NCBI GenBank assembly: GCA_028023455.1 | Contig: JAQFVV010000001.1 | Location: 20,646,001 to 20,710,000, forward strand | Reading direction: 5' to 3' | DNA from: Epiperipatus broadwayi | Lineage: Eukaryota > Animalia > Onychophora | Length of the DNA: 64,000 nucleotides | Shown here: positions 1 to 13,000 of the stretch, piece by piece | Layout: every line of letters begins with the position of its first letter | How positions within the stretch are numbered: position 1 is the first letter of the stretch | Program-made: the position numbers and the translations under genes | Notes under the pieces: model-generated | Seen by the model: only the letters and a program-made list of their open reading frames with translations | Told to the model about the DNA's origin: nothing | Databases searched by the model: none

Positions 1-452
1 CCGATTTGTTCCAGAAGTAGACTTAGACTTCTGTTATGAATAAAAACAATAAAAAAGGACGGAAGGCTTCGAATCCCTGGGGTGAGATACAGGTGAATCA
101 AAGCAGTATATAAATATATACTTTGAGGAGAAGAATGACAAACTAAGATGATCATGAATCCCTGGAATGAGGTACAGGCGATTCAGATCAGAGCCATATG
201 TGGCTTATTAATAATTTCTGACATATACCAGCAACGCTATTATAAGACTATAAAAACATTGGATTTAAATACTAAGTAAAGCCTTAAATGGTTTAACAAA
301 TACATAATGATATCTTAAAATAATGACCCATGAAAGATAAAGTCATTTATCAGAAGTTAAACTATAATTAATGAAGCGTGCATTTCTCCTCCTTCTTGAA
401 TCAATACTATTTTGTTTAAATATATAAAAAACTAAAATTCATGCACTTAAAA

Positions 453-514
453 GCCTTTTTGGCTATGATGATGAATAAAGTTCCCCAGCCTTTTTGGCGA
501 TAATGATGAATAAA
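453..514. repeat. Short tandem duplication (28-bp unit, ~34-bp period)
   Basis: gcctttttggctatgatgatgaataaag followed by gcctttttggcgataatgatgaataaag. Confidence 0.85.
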
Positions 515-1111
515 GAAATTAATAAAACTAATGGACACTAATATCCACCCAGACTGCAAAGTATTTATACATTTTGTATAATTTTAAGGTAAAATATATT
601 TTTTTTAAAAATTCATTTTATAAGAAAAACTCAGTCTTACGAACTATTTAGAAATAAAAAAATAAGAACTCATTAATCCCCCCCCCTTCCATTCCACAGC
701 AGAATATAGAAGTTCATAAGACTAGCTTTGATTAGCATTTACAAATAAAATTAAATGAAAAATATAAAAATATCATTTAAAATAAATTATAACCGCACTA
801 AATTATAAAAAAAGTAAGAAGTGTGAGTTGGATGAAATATTTCATAGTAATATTAATTTGATAGAAGAGAATCGATATAAAGAAAATGATTATTAATTTA
901 ACATACTCACGAATTAGCAAGTTAAAAGAGATTCAAAATATACAGAAAACATTAATTTTAAAGATGTACAAGTTAGAGTTTAGATAATATGATTATGTCT
1001 TTGGGCTGGTTACCTCAGGATTCTATGAAGTACTAACGAATCTTCTGTGGCAGGTGGCATTCTTTGACAGCACGGTCACTCTTGAGTGGTAGGAGCTACA
1101 TCATACATGGC

Positions 1112-1504
1112 AAAGGGTGGAGCTGAAGACGGAGGGGAAGGTGGCTTAAGCCCCTCTTTTTAAAAATCAAACAGATGTGAAGTCGGTTAACAACTATTGA
1201 CCAAAGTCTCACACAATAGATTTTTGGCCCTATTTATACAAACTTTGAGGTATTCAAAGAATGTTTTTAATTAAACTTCTTAACTCTAATTAATCCTTAA
1301 TTTACAGAAATATTTTCTCTATTGTTAGTGGAGATGCAATTGTTAGATAACTGTCCAAAAATAAATTCAAATCAATTTCCAGATTGGAAATAGATTTGAT
1401 AAAAATGTTAACAGCTAACTAAAATCAATTAGCTTTGTTTTAAATTTTACTTTCATTAACTTTAATTAAAAAATTCCTTTTAAAATCATGAATCCCACCC
1501 CTTT
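1112..1504. mobile_element. Possible MITE
   Basis: Imperfect terminal inverted repeats aaagggtggagct / aatcccaccccttt. The internal motif atgtgaagtcggt recurs at ~26758. No clear TSD. Confidence 0.3.
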
Positions 1505-2679
1505 AATTACTCTTGGACAGTTAACAACTGCATCTTCCATCTTGAATATTTATGTAATTATATGAAGAAAAATATCTATAAAATAAATAACATATAGTTA
1601 AGAAAAAAAATACAAAATTATTCACAAGATTTGTTTGTGCTTTTATATATATAAAAGCTCCGTTAATATATGTATATATCTGAGTCGCATCCATAAAAAT
1701 TAATATTTAAAATTAAAGAAAATTTTTATTTGAGATTTTTTTATAGATGCTTTTCAGAAATATACATATAGTTTATATACATGTGATGAAAAAAAACAGG
1801 ATGAAATGTGGGTTAAGTAGTAGAACAGTGAAGCTTGATCTTGGGCTAAGATCGACTGCTACAATATATAATAACATTTACGGATATGAATAAAAGTACT
1901 GTTTGTTTAACAGATTTAAGATAAAATTGTGTATATAATTTTGTCACACAAAATCTACATAGATTTGGAAAAATTACTGATCATGAGCTATATATATGTA
2001 TATATAGCTGTTCAGTTTCTCTACAATATAAATAAGAAACTTAACAAATGTAATAAAATGTATCTTAACTACACATATATTTATGTAACACATTTTAAGA
2101 AGAGTGGATTTGAATATTATTGACACTTTGGTTATAAGTCTAAGCATTTATAAAGATCTAAAACAGCAATTATAACTTCTTATTTGTGCAAACTTAAGTT
2201 AATCATAATATGATTACAACAATTCTAACATTAAAAAAAAGGAAATCCTGTAATATTTAATAAAATAATACTTATGTCTTCTTTTAATATCAAATAATAA
2301 CAAAATAATTAAGAGTATAATGATTAAACATTACCTTTCAGAAGCCAAATTATGTTTTAAAATAAAATACATGAAAAATAAATAAATATAATATGCAGAA
2401 GTATACAAACTAAGTTGCATCAATAAAATAGTTCACAGAATTTATACAGTCGTTACAAAACTCATTTCTACAACAGTTTTTCTTTATTTTCTTTCCTAAA
2501 AGTTAGAATGGCTATACTTATTTATAAGTAATTGCTATACAAATTCAAAATTTACAGAATACCCAGTTTATATATTACTGAAAATAAATAAATTTTAGTG
2601 TATATTTTAGAATCTGAATCAGAAATGGTACATCTATAGAAATAAGTGAAAGAAATTTGATAAATAAATAATGATTTGT

Positions 2680-5295
2680 AATTATATGTTGGACTATTTT
2701 CATCATATAGTTTAAAAATTAAACGATTCTTAAAAAATCCAAACTTTATATTTTTCCAAATCTATTTAACGGTTAGTGGCAATACAAAGATTAACAAATA
2801 GCACATTTTAAGTAAAATTATTCCCTTTTTCATGGCCTGAACAGTGACAGCACTAGCAAGGAAATTGAGTCTTTAAATTTTAGATTCATAAATACTGACT
2901 TTACAATGATGTTTTAATCAATGAGGTTATTTTCCCAAAGACAATAGCCAGTAGAATTTTTTTTATTCTTATCAATGAATTCCTCCTGAGTTTTTCCAAT
3001 TTTTCTTTTTTAAGGGCAAGGTTGATAAGTGGTTTCTAAATGTTATGGATAATTATATTAGGTTGACTTATGGATTATTTGCTATTGTCATATAAGTTCC
3101 TTTAAATTTTCTTCTTTTTAATTTTTACTCTTTGCCCAATATTCTTGCCTTTCCTAAATAAACGTATGTTCATTTGTATATGCATGATTTTCTACTTTAG
3201 ACATTTTTTTTCCCTCTCTAATCAGTATTTTGTGCTTTTTTAATTAATTTTCAATGGGTATTTAATTTTATTAATATATATCCACATTTAAATAATATTT
3301 CATAGATACAATTCTTGTTTCCAACATTTCAAATTTAGATTTTAAAGAGATTAGAATTCCTCACAGTGTGCTATGACTTTTAAAAGTTATTATGAAATTA
3401 TTTCGATAGATTTTCTTTAGTCTCTCTGTTAATTTTAGAGTGTATGGTTATTTTTTCTTTTAAAGTTATTTTCTGATGTTTTACTTAATGGTAACTGATA
3501 ATTGTTGTTCGTGAAAGTTTGTTCCACATAAGATTTTTCATTTTTCATGTCATTGGTTTCTGAACAAACACACAATGACAGAATAATTCTAGTTTTTTCA
3601 ATTTCTGTCATGATTAAATATATATTCTAAGTCAGGAGTCCTCAATCCTATGCCCATGGGCACCATGGTGCCCGCAGACCATTTTATATGTGCCCGCCAT
3701 TATCCAAACACAATAAAAATTTATTTATCTGATACAAATAAATTTAACTTTTAAAACTTCTTATAAATTATTGTATTATATTGTAATCAAATTGTAGAGC
3801 ATACTATACTTTTACAGCATAAAAATATAAACATTAATTATATGTTAAAATTTTACTTTTGAAATAAATATTTTTTTGTATATTATGTGTATTATTAATA
3901 ATATCCAACTATAAATTTACATTGAAAAAATAAATGGTGCCCGCCACCTCGCCGGTATTATAGAATGGTTCTTAAGTGCAAAAAGGTTGAGGATCCCTAT
4001 TCTAAGTATTTTCCTCCCTTGACTTTGTCATGAGAAAGTCTTAACACAAGAAGATCTAAGAAATGCCAATTTTTATTAGTCTTCTAATTCTATTGTGAAT
4101 TTAATTAGATAAGTTATTGATGAGTGTCCAAAAGATTTATAAAAGTGCTTCACCATGTGACCATATAGTAAGTATATCATCAACATAATAAAAACAGACT
4201 TTAGCTGGAGATGGTAGTATTTATGGTTGTGGCTTCAAGTTCTATGAAAATGTTGCTTATTAAAGATGACAGTGTTAAACCTATAGTCATTCTTTGACTT
4301 TACTGGAAGAATTTTTTGTTGTATTAAAATTAAAATGTTCCTAAGTTTCATTTTACTATCAATACAAAGAGTTATTATAATTTGTAAACTGTTTATTCTC
4401 ATTTAATCTTTTTCTTACAATAAAGAATAGTTTGTCACTGGGTATATTTGAAAATAAACATCCTATATCAAAGCTCATAAATACATTAGTTCTTTCTACT
4501 TTCATGCTCTTGATTACTTCTACAAAGCACTTAAAATTTCTCACAAAGAATTGTGTCTTGTATTTCAAAAGAAATCTTGATAATTTTGATATAATAAATT
4601 TCTAAAACTAGCAATAGGTTTACTGTAGAGATGTAGAATTTTGATGAAATATGTTGTTAATTTTTTTTTTCTGAATCAGTGAAATACCTGTGATGCTTTT
4701 TGGATAATACTTGTAAATTTGCTTTTATATCTGGTACAGGATTTTTTTATTACTTTTTTGTATTGATCTACCGAAGAGCCCTCTTATTTTATTATCATAA
4801 TTATACTATCCTTTGCAGCTATAAAAATGGGTCTGATAGCCCCTAGAATATTATAAATTTGTCTTGTTTGTGAGATTTAATAGCTAATTCCTCATTATAA
4901 ATAATATTTGATTTGAATTATTGGGTCTCTCAAATGCATTTTCTAATTTCCATTGAAATTATGCTGTTTCTTTTATAAGCTATTTTTGAGTGATTGTAGT
5001 ATAATGAAAAAGTTTGACTTTTTGTCCAGAACAGAAGTTTTAACTAAGTTATTTTATGAAATATGAGATTTGATATGCCTAAGCATTTTACAAGTTTGTT
5101 TGTTTTTTTGATAGGTGATTTAGAATATGACTATTTTACTGACTGAAAACTCTTGAAGTCTTTATCAGTTAGTATTTTCCTGAAGGTTTGTGATGATGAT
5201 ATTGTAATTGTATTTATATATTGGATTATTTCCATCATCTAATATTAAGTATTGAATGACTTTAGAAAAATTTAACTTTATTTAAATATTCAATC
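2680..5295 (-). mobile_element. Decayed Penelope-like retroelement copy P4 (RT + GIY-YIG remnant, terminal-repeat module at both ends), interrupted by a hAT MITE
   Basis: ORF 4359-4568 (FDIGCLFSNIPSDK...IVRKRLNE) matches the PLE RT motif FDVESLFTNIP. The tail at 2830-2960 is homologous to the tails at 42660-42790 and 45790-45900. The module tgatggaaatagtcca occurs at both ends. Confidence 0.8.
3633..3999. mobile_element. hAT-superfamily MITE with perfect 8-bp TSD
   Basis: TIRs caggagtcctcaatcct / aggttgaggatcccta; identical flanking 8-mer ttctaagt at 3625-3632 and 4000-4007. An 8-bp TSD is typical of hAT elements. Confidence 0.9.
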
Positions 5296-5395
5296 AGTTG
5301 AAACTAACTGGAATATTTAAATAAAGTTAAATTTTTCTAAAGACATTCTATATTTAATATTACATGATGGAAATAGTCCAATATATAAATATAAC
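5205..5395. repeat. Palindrome formed by inverted PLE terminal-repeat module
   Basis: Arms ...ttggattatttccatcatctaatattaag...ttaactttatttaaatatt and aatatttaaataaagttaa...catgatggaaatagtccaa, centred near 5295, at the 5' end of P4. Confidence 0.85.
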
Positions 5396-6775
5396 CTTTA
5401 TCAGTTAATCTATATGCTAACAAACATTCTATATTCTTTATTGAACACACGGTTTAATACTTCAAAAAAACTTTCAGTATTGATTATTTCTCTTAACATG
5501 GCCTCACTTGCACTCTAAATAATTTTCTCTTTAATAGTCAATTGAAGGATTTAGCTGCAAGTTTTTAGGATCAATGCCTTCACATTTGAATTTGCATAAG
5601 AGGGTTAATTGATTATCTACTTTCAGGCAGTTTTAGATATAATTTTTCACAATACTTAAACTTTGATATAATACTGAGTACATATTAAGTTATATCTTAT
5701 ACTATTTCCATCACCTAGTTTAATTGTCATATAAATGCAATATATAAATTAGCATATAGCACAACTTTTGACTGGCATTATTCTAATCTCTTATTCAGTT
5801 GATATTGACTTGATCAGTGACTACTAACATAGAAACTGAGTCTATTCCATTTACATCCAAGAATATTGAATTTAAGATGGTAATCTAACCAATTATGCTA
5901 TTCTATCAAAAGCATCAGAAGTTTTATATACTTATTTATGAAATTCATATCACCATTTCTTTTTAAAAGTCAGAAATTAATATGGTTTCCAACATTATAA
6001 ATTATCATATGTGACTTTTAGAGTTATTTCTTATTATGTGAGCAATCTCTAAAATCCAAAACTGATATTGTTTGTGGTAAACATGTGAAGCCAGAATATG
6101 TCACACAGTTCTAATACTGATTGATAATGATTTTATTATGTGAAAAAGTTTCTAATTCTAATTAACTTCACTGACAAATATAGAAAGATAATTCATTATA
6201 ACATGAGATTTTGAAAAAAGATTTCTTATTGATAAGATGGCTTTTTTTTTTTTGATGGCCTGATTTTGTATGAAAGCATATCAGAGAGGAAAAATAAATG
6301 TGTCTAAAGTAGCAAATTATATACATACAAGTGAGCATGTGTTCAATTGGGGAAAAACAAGAATAGAGAAGAAAATGTAAAAAGAAAAAAATTTAAAGCA
6401 TAAATGAAATTTCATCAAAAGCAAATAACATACATTATTTAAAGAAATGCTTTTTATACAGTAAAATTATATTAAATCAGAATTGGCAATCAGTGAACTT
6501 TGAGATGCATGGTTATTTGTATGATAAATCATGTTTAATTTTATACAACAAAGTATACATATATAGTACAGTGGAAAAAATAAATGTTAAAACCTTTTAT
6601 ACAAAAAAGTGTTATGAGATGAATTGTTAAAGAAATCAGCCACAGCACTTTTCAATATTGATACTTGCAATAAATTTTTAATACGAAAAATATTTTATTA
6701 TGATTAACACATATAGAGTTGTTTTTTATGGTCTGCACAGTAACATAGATTAACCTGGGATTTTATTGTCTATTT

Positions 6776-7476
6776 CAGGGATGGCCAACCTATGGTACAT
6801 ATGCCAAACATGATTAAATCTGAAACAAAATTGGATGTATTGGAATCTTAATCATATTATTAAAAAGTAAGCCTAGATCTTTGTAAAGTAATTTTTTATT
6901 TTAAAAAATGCACACACAATTTTTATAAGTACTGTGAAAAAATTTATAACAAAAATTCAAACTTGATAGAATTAAAATTTTGCTTTGCATTTATTCTATA
7001 AGTTCATGTTCGATATTTGTTTCATCTTTATATGTGATTAATCATAAAAAAATCAGTAATAGTTTCTAACATTGATTTTTATTTTTAAGAATATTATTTT
7101 CTTTATGAAATTGATAAAAATAAATTGAAGTCACATCTAACTGATTCATTAGTTTCATTTATGAACTAAAATATCAATCTATAAAAATCTGGTGAAAGCA
7201 AAACAGATTCAGAATGGATTCAAAGTTGCAAATCCAGAAACTTTGACACTTAGAAATCAAATTATAACAATAAGTCTCATTAAAGTAAGCAATATTTAAA
7301 CTTTTTTTTACTAAAGTATTTTATTATATTAACAAACAAAAAAGGATAATATTTAACTATAACATACTGCATAGTGTATTTATACAAAAATAAAATTGTA
7401 GTTCAATAGTGGTATAGCATGTGATCTTATGTTTGAAAAAATTGATGTTTCACTATAAAACATTGGGCAATCCCTG
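6776..7476 (+). mobile_element. hAT (Charlie/Buster-like) deletion derivative with transposase C-terminal remnant
   Basis: TIRs cagggatggccaa / ttgggcaatccctg. Frameshifted remnant FFMKLIK/NKLKSHLTD...KNLVKAKQIQ at ~7095-7210 resembles the hAT dimerisation domain. TSD degenerate (gtctattt vs atctaaca). Confidence 0.75.
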
Positions 7477-9454
7477 ATCTAACAAAAAGTAGTTAAATAT
7501 TCATTTAAAGACCAATACTGAATGGCGAACTAAGAAGGGTATAGGGAAAATACCTAAAAGAAAAATCTTAATTGAACTTGTAACCTGACAAAATTTCTAA
7601 GATTTACCTATCTTAGACTGAAACACCAGATCATGATCATGGTAGAAAAATGTACTATATCAAGAAACAAATAATGATTAATTAAACGGTTAAATAAATA
7701 TTCATTAGCACTTAAAAAAATTAGTAAATAAAAATTTAATAAGAACTGAAATATGATGGTAATATGTGTTTATATTTTCTTATATTTGAAAATATCTCCT
7801 TTCTCTAATATCTTTAAATATTGAATACTTAATTCTGAAAAATATATATTCTAAGAATAAATAACTATAAACTAAAAACTCTATATCTATAAAACAATAT
7901 TCTTGAGAATGTATTTTTGTTAATTTATTGCTTAAAGACATATTAAGCAATCAAGACAATTAAACATTAGGGTCAACCAAGAGATATTCCTGATTATCAA
8001 GAATGGTAATTTTTTGATGGTTATTACCTGTTTAACAATATAGATGTATTTCAAGTTTAAGAATTTTTTTGTTTACAGCATTATAAAATAATGAAATTCT
8101 CTCAAAATCAATCCAATTTACCAATATCTATTCCTTAAATTCCAATATATATATATATATCTTAATAATATAAAATAATTCATTATATATTTATAATCTA
8201 GCTCCAATAATAAATGGCAAATATTACTGTTTAACCAGAATACCTTATTTTGTAATATCTACAAACTATTTTGAATAATATATATATGCAAATTCCAATA
8301 AAAGTGAATGATGATGATCATAATAGGTAAACACTGTCACTATAGCCTAAATCAAAAAATAAAAAACACCACTTAAGAATAATACTTAAGTAAACAAAGA
8401 TTATTTTCCTATTTTAGAAATGAGAATCCATGGATTTTTATTTCAATAAACAATAAGTTAATATTTTTCATTTTTTTTAAAAAAAAACACTATAAAAATA
8501 ACTAATGCTATGACTAAAAAAAGATAATTTCACTACCTCAAGGACCTATTACTTCCACAATATTTACAATAAATCAATTACATACAAAAATGCTATATAA
8601 TTGTTATATAATGAAATGCTATATATATATTTTTTATAACTTTAACCCAAAAGAAAATTTTAGAAATAAAATATAAACAAACCTACAAAATTTAGAAAAT
8701 ATTTATCAAGTAAATAGAAGCTGAACTTTTTATTATGCTTTAACATCCCTTTATTTTCAAATCATTAGAAATAATTTTTCCAGTGTGAGAGTGTTTTGTA
8801 ACATACTATCTACTGTCAGGCGAATCACTTCTTTCTTATAACAGTAATAAAAATGGAATATTGGTTTTCAAATACATTTATTCTGAAAAAAAAAAAAGTC
8901 AGACTAGAATAACAAACTTTAGAAATCATTTCCTATTATGTTGTATGAATGCTGTTCTAATTCTGATAGATGAGCTAAACCTATGATTAAAAAAAAATAT
9001 TTTACAAATTTGTATAAAAAAAAGTTATTTGATACATTATTTTTTTTAGAATAGGGCACAAATTTTATTATATATTTATCCTAAAGCTGATGCTATATCT
9101 ATAAAAACTTTAATATATTATAACTTATTTGTTTACAAATGCAATTTTCAGAGAATTTGCTATCCTCAATAACTTAAATAGTTTAAATATATTAAAGTTA
9201 TATTTATACTATTTTTGAAAATATTGCATGCATTATCATGATATGAGATGTTTTGAATTTTAAATATAGCTCTGAAAGTACAGTGTTAGAATAAATTATG
9301 ATGTTAAATTGAAAGATAAGTATTGGTAAATTACCATCAACAATGATCAAATATTATTTGGTCATAAGTAATTTCTTAGTTAAAATAACCTGTCATCATG
9401 TGCAGGACTTATATATATACAAATAAAATATATGTTAATTTAAAAACTATTGTA

Positions 9455-10025
9455 ATAATAAAAATAATAAATATAATGGTCATAAATTATTATATACAAT
9501 CTTTCGATCCACAGAAGTACTTTCAGATAATTCCTTAACCTGCCTCAACTGCCGTTAAATTCAAAAACAAACCAGAAGCAAACACATCATCAACTCAAAC
9601 CCCATGAATCCCAAATTTTAAAATTAGCAGTTTGCCTATTAATAATATTTATTTTATTTCTATTTATTAAAATTGTTTCCTTAATTTTCCTTTTATTATG
9701 GTTTCTCTCTTCATGAAGAATCTTAACACTTTCAATATCTAACTCAAAAGTGTTAAGAATCTTCATGAAGAGAGAAACCATAATAATAAAAAATTAAGGA
9801 GGCAATTTTAATAAATAAAAATAAAATGAATATAATTAATTAATAGGCAAGCTGCTAACATTAAAATTTGGGATTCATGAGATTTGGGTTGATAATGTTT
9901 GATTCTGATTTGTTTTTGAATTTAATGGCAGTTGACGTGGGTTAAGGAATTAACTGAAAGTACTTCTGCAGATTGAAAGACTGTATATAATAGTTTATTA
10001 CCATTATATTTATTATTTTTTCTTG
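9455..10025. mobile_element. Foldback pair of PLE 3' fragments (GIY-YIG C-terminus plus tail), head-to-head
   Basis: About 280-bp inverted arms around a loop at ~9732-9746. The minus arm encodes KILHEERNHNKRKIKETILINRN, similar to the C-terminal part of PLE GIY-YIG endonucleases. Confidence 0.8.
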
Positions 10026-13000
10026 TTATATTTATATATTTCCATTAAAATGATGATTAAACATGTAAAATATTATTGATAAATATATAGTAGGCAAAAA
10101 TAGAATAGACAAATTAAAAAGTATTTATATAATTAATTCATAAATAAATAATAATAATAATAATATATAAAAATTGATAGACATATTGATTGTTAAAATC
10201 TAAATTTATAATAAAAATACATAATTATAAATATTAAACAACTGAAATATAAATTATCAGGGTTGACTCATATATTTTATTCTTCCTTTATTATCATTTC
10301 CAAATTTGATGTGCAGTATTTTGCATAATAAAATATTTTCTAAGTATATTGCTAAAGATTTTACAAAATTTTAGAACATACTAAAAATTAAAAATATCAA
10401 AACTAGAGAGATTCTAATTTCTGATAACAAGACTACTGTCACATTTTTATAAGAGAAAAAAGTTATTGAAAAAAAAAAAAAAGAATATTGCCCAGAGAGC
10501 TATAATTTCTAGTTTAATAATAGTCTAATCTTCTATAAATATTTATAATTAGCCAATATTTTAAGTTAGTTGTTTCTAGATCTTATTTTAAATATTTTTA
10601 GTGTGTGTGAAATCTATTTCCATTTAAAGTAAAAATTTTAAAACAAAAACGAAATGATTATATTTGAACTTCCCTGTCTGGAAAACATAAATATCTAAAA
10701 GTCCATAAAAATATGTTTTTAAAAAAATATTGTTCTTGAATTATTATTCTGAAAATATTAAAAATAAAATATATTTAAGTAAATGTATTATTTATTGCTA
10801 TAATATTTTCATTTATTAAATAAGTGATAAAATGTATAATGTAACAAAATGATGTAATATTGATTTGTTTTGTTTAAAAATTTCCAGACAGTGTAATTAA
10901 AAAGTTACTTTTAGCATATTTGACTCATCAACTGAATTAAGTCACATAAATTAAGTATTGATTAACATCCTCGTTAGCAAACATTTAATAAGTTATCTAT
11001 CACCTCCCATACCATATTTAAGTTCTGACCATGTGTATCTTATATACTTCATCATTTTTTTTCAATGTTTTATTATGTGTATTTTTTTATAATTACTTAT
11101 TATTTAGCCAGTTTAAACTAAAAATGGCTAGAGCTTTGGTCTACTCTATAGAATCTCAATTTGTACATTATTTGGAAAGCTCTAAAAATGCATATATTAC
11201 AGAAATTCTATACTATTGCAATGCTTTGTAGCAGAAAGAATTTTTTTATGGAAGGTATAATTATATTGTTTGATCTTTTATTAATATTCAAATGCTTGTT
11301 TAGTCATGCTACAATTATATGTAATTAAGATTTTTAAAATTAATGAATGCCAAAATTTTATATAACTTTAAAGTAAGTTTATTATATTTTTTTTCTACCA
11401 TGAATCAAAGATTATATATTTTGCAAATGCTGGAATTATTATTATTATTTACAAAAGATCTTCATTTACTTAAGATGTTATATTCAAATCAGAACTTTTG
11501 CTAAACTTGTAGGCAGTTGTAAAAGATAAAAGCTTGTGGAATAAATTTAGTTGAATACCAATGGTAACTTATCAATTGTCACTTATTTTGATGGAAACTA
11601 AATTGTTGCAAGTACTAGTTTCTATTGGATATAATTAATAATTTGATGAAGCATATCCTTGGAATTCCTGATTTGATTAATGTTTTTGTTAATTTTAGCT
11701 AAGAAAATACTTTTTCTCTAAAACTAGTATTGGGAAACAACATTTTTAGAGCAATACACAGATTTAACATAGAAATTTCAAATTTCATTAAATTCTAATA
11801 GAAATATGTCTTAAAAAATAATTGTCATTAAATAATTTGATAAACAATATTTTATAAAAATAATGCAATCTTTTAATAACAATCCTCATCAATAGAGATA
11901 CAATGAATGAGATACAGTGAATCAATCAAGATACAGTAAATGAAAAGACATTGCTCAAAAGGCTTTTCAATTATCAGATAATAAATGTCTAAGCACTTTT
12001 TCATCTTTCTTATATTCTCTAACTAAAGTTAACTGAATTCGCTATGAACTGGCTAAGCCTAATTAGAATATGAAAAAATTTTCAATTTTAGCTAGATCAG
12101 ATTTAAACAATAACCTCTTATAAAAAGTATATATTATTTATATTTCATTTTGTATTTAATTAGCAAATGTTGCAAGCAATAACAAAAGTGGACATTATCA
12201 CAAACCAATTGATGCTACTTAGACAAACATATCATTAATTAGAATGTAGTTAAAATAAATTAAGAGTACAGGCATAGCCTATTTTTGCAACAAATTAAAG
12301 ACCAAAGCATTGTCAAAAGTCAAAAATAAATTAATCCCAAAAGTACAGTCTTTATTTAGCTTACAAACTTATTTTTGCCAGCAAAAGAAAAGTAATTCAA
12401 TTTACATTGTGTATAACACATACAGATAGATGTGAAATTTAAAACCAGTTAATAAAAGAAAAAAAAGTAATACTATGCACTAAACAATAAATAAATAAAA
12501 CCTTACTTAGGAAAAAAAATGTTTTAATTCAATAAATCATAAAAAATATATTAAATTATTTTAATTTATCTAATCACTGATCAGACGACATGTGTATTCA
12601 AACTTATAGGGATTTCATTTACCATTATTAACTGTATTTTATTTTATTTTAAATGATGGATCAATTATAGTAATCATAAAAACAAAAATATGAATACTAT
12701 ACACATTTTATAATCAGAAAAGTAAATATAAATTGTTTACAGATAATTACAGAAATACATATCATATTAGTCAAAATTATGAATAAACACAAACAAAAAA
12801 TTTCAAAACCCATTGTAGAGTGGCATCTATTCAAGGTTTGAATAATAAAGAGATGTATTGTGCATAGAATGAATATCACAGAAAATTAAATAAGATTGGA
12901 TGTAAGAAAAAAGTACAAGAATAAAATTTTGAAACACTTTTAATAATTTAAATAACTTTTAATTATGTTTATTTCATTATTATACAAAAATAAATATCCA

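Noticed and set aside
2410-2495. Possible terminal exon KKIKKNCCRNEFCNDCINSVNYFIDAT* with an LU-domain-like CCxxxxCN
   Set aside because: It lies beside transposon debris, has no upstream exons and no GPI-like tail; too short to support.
5360-5390. Recurrent module atgatggaaatagtcc as a second hammerhead (GGA-aatag-TCC stem II)
   Set aside because: None of about seven copies has CTGATGA before it or GAAA after it. It is simply conserved terminal-repeat sequence.
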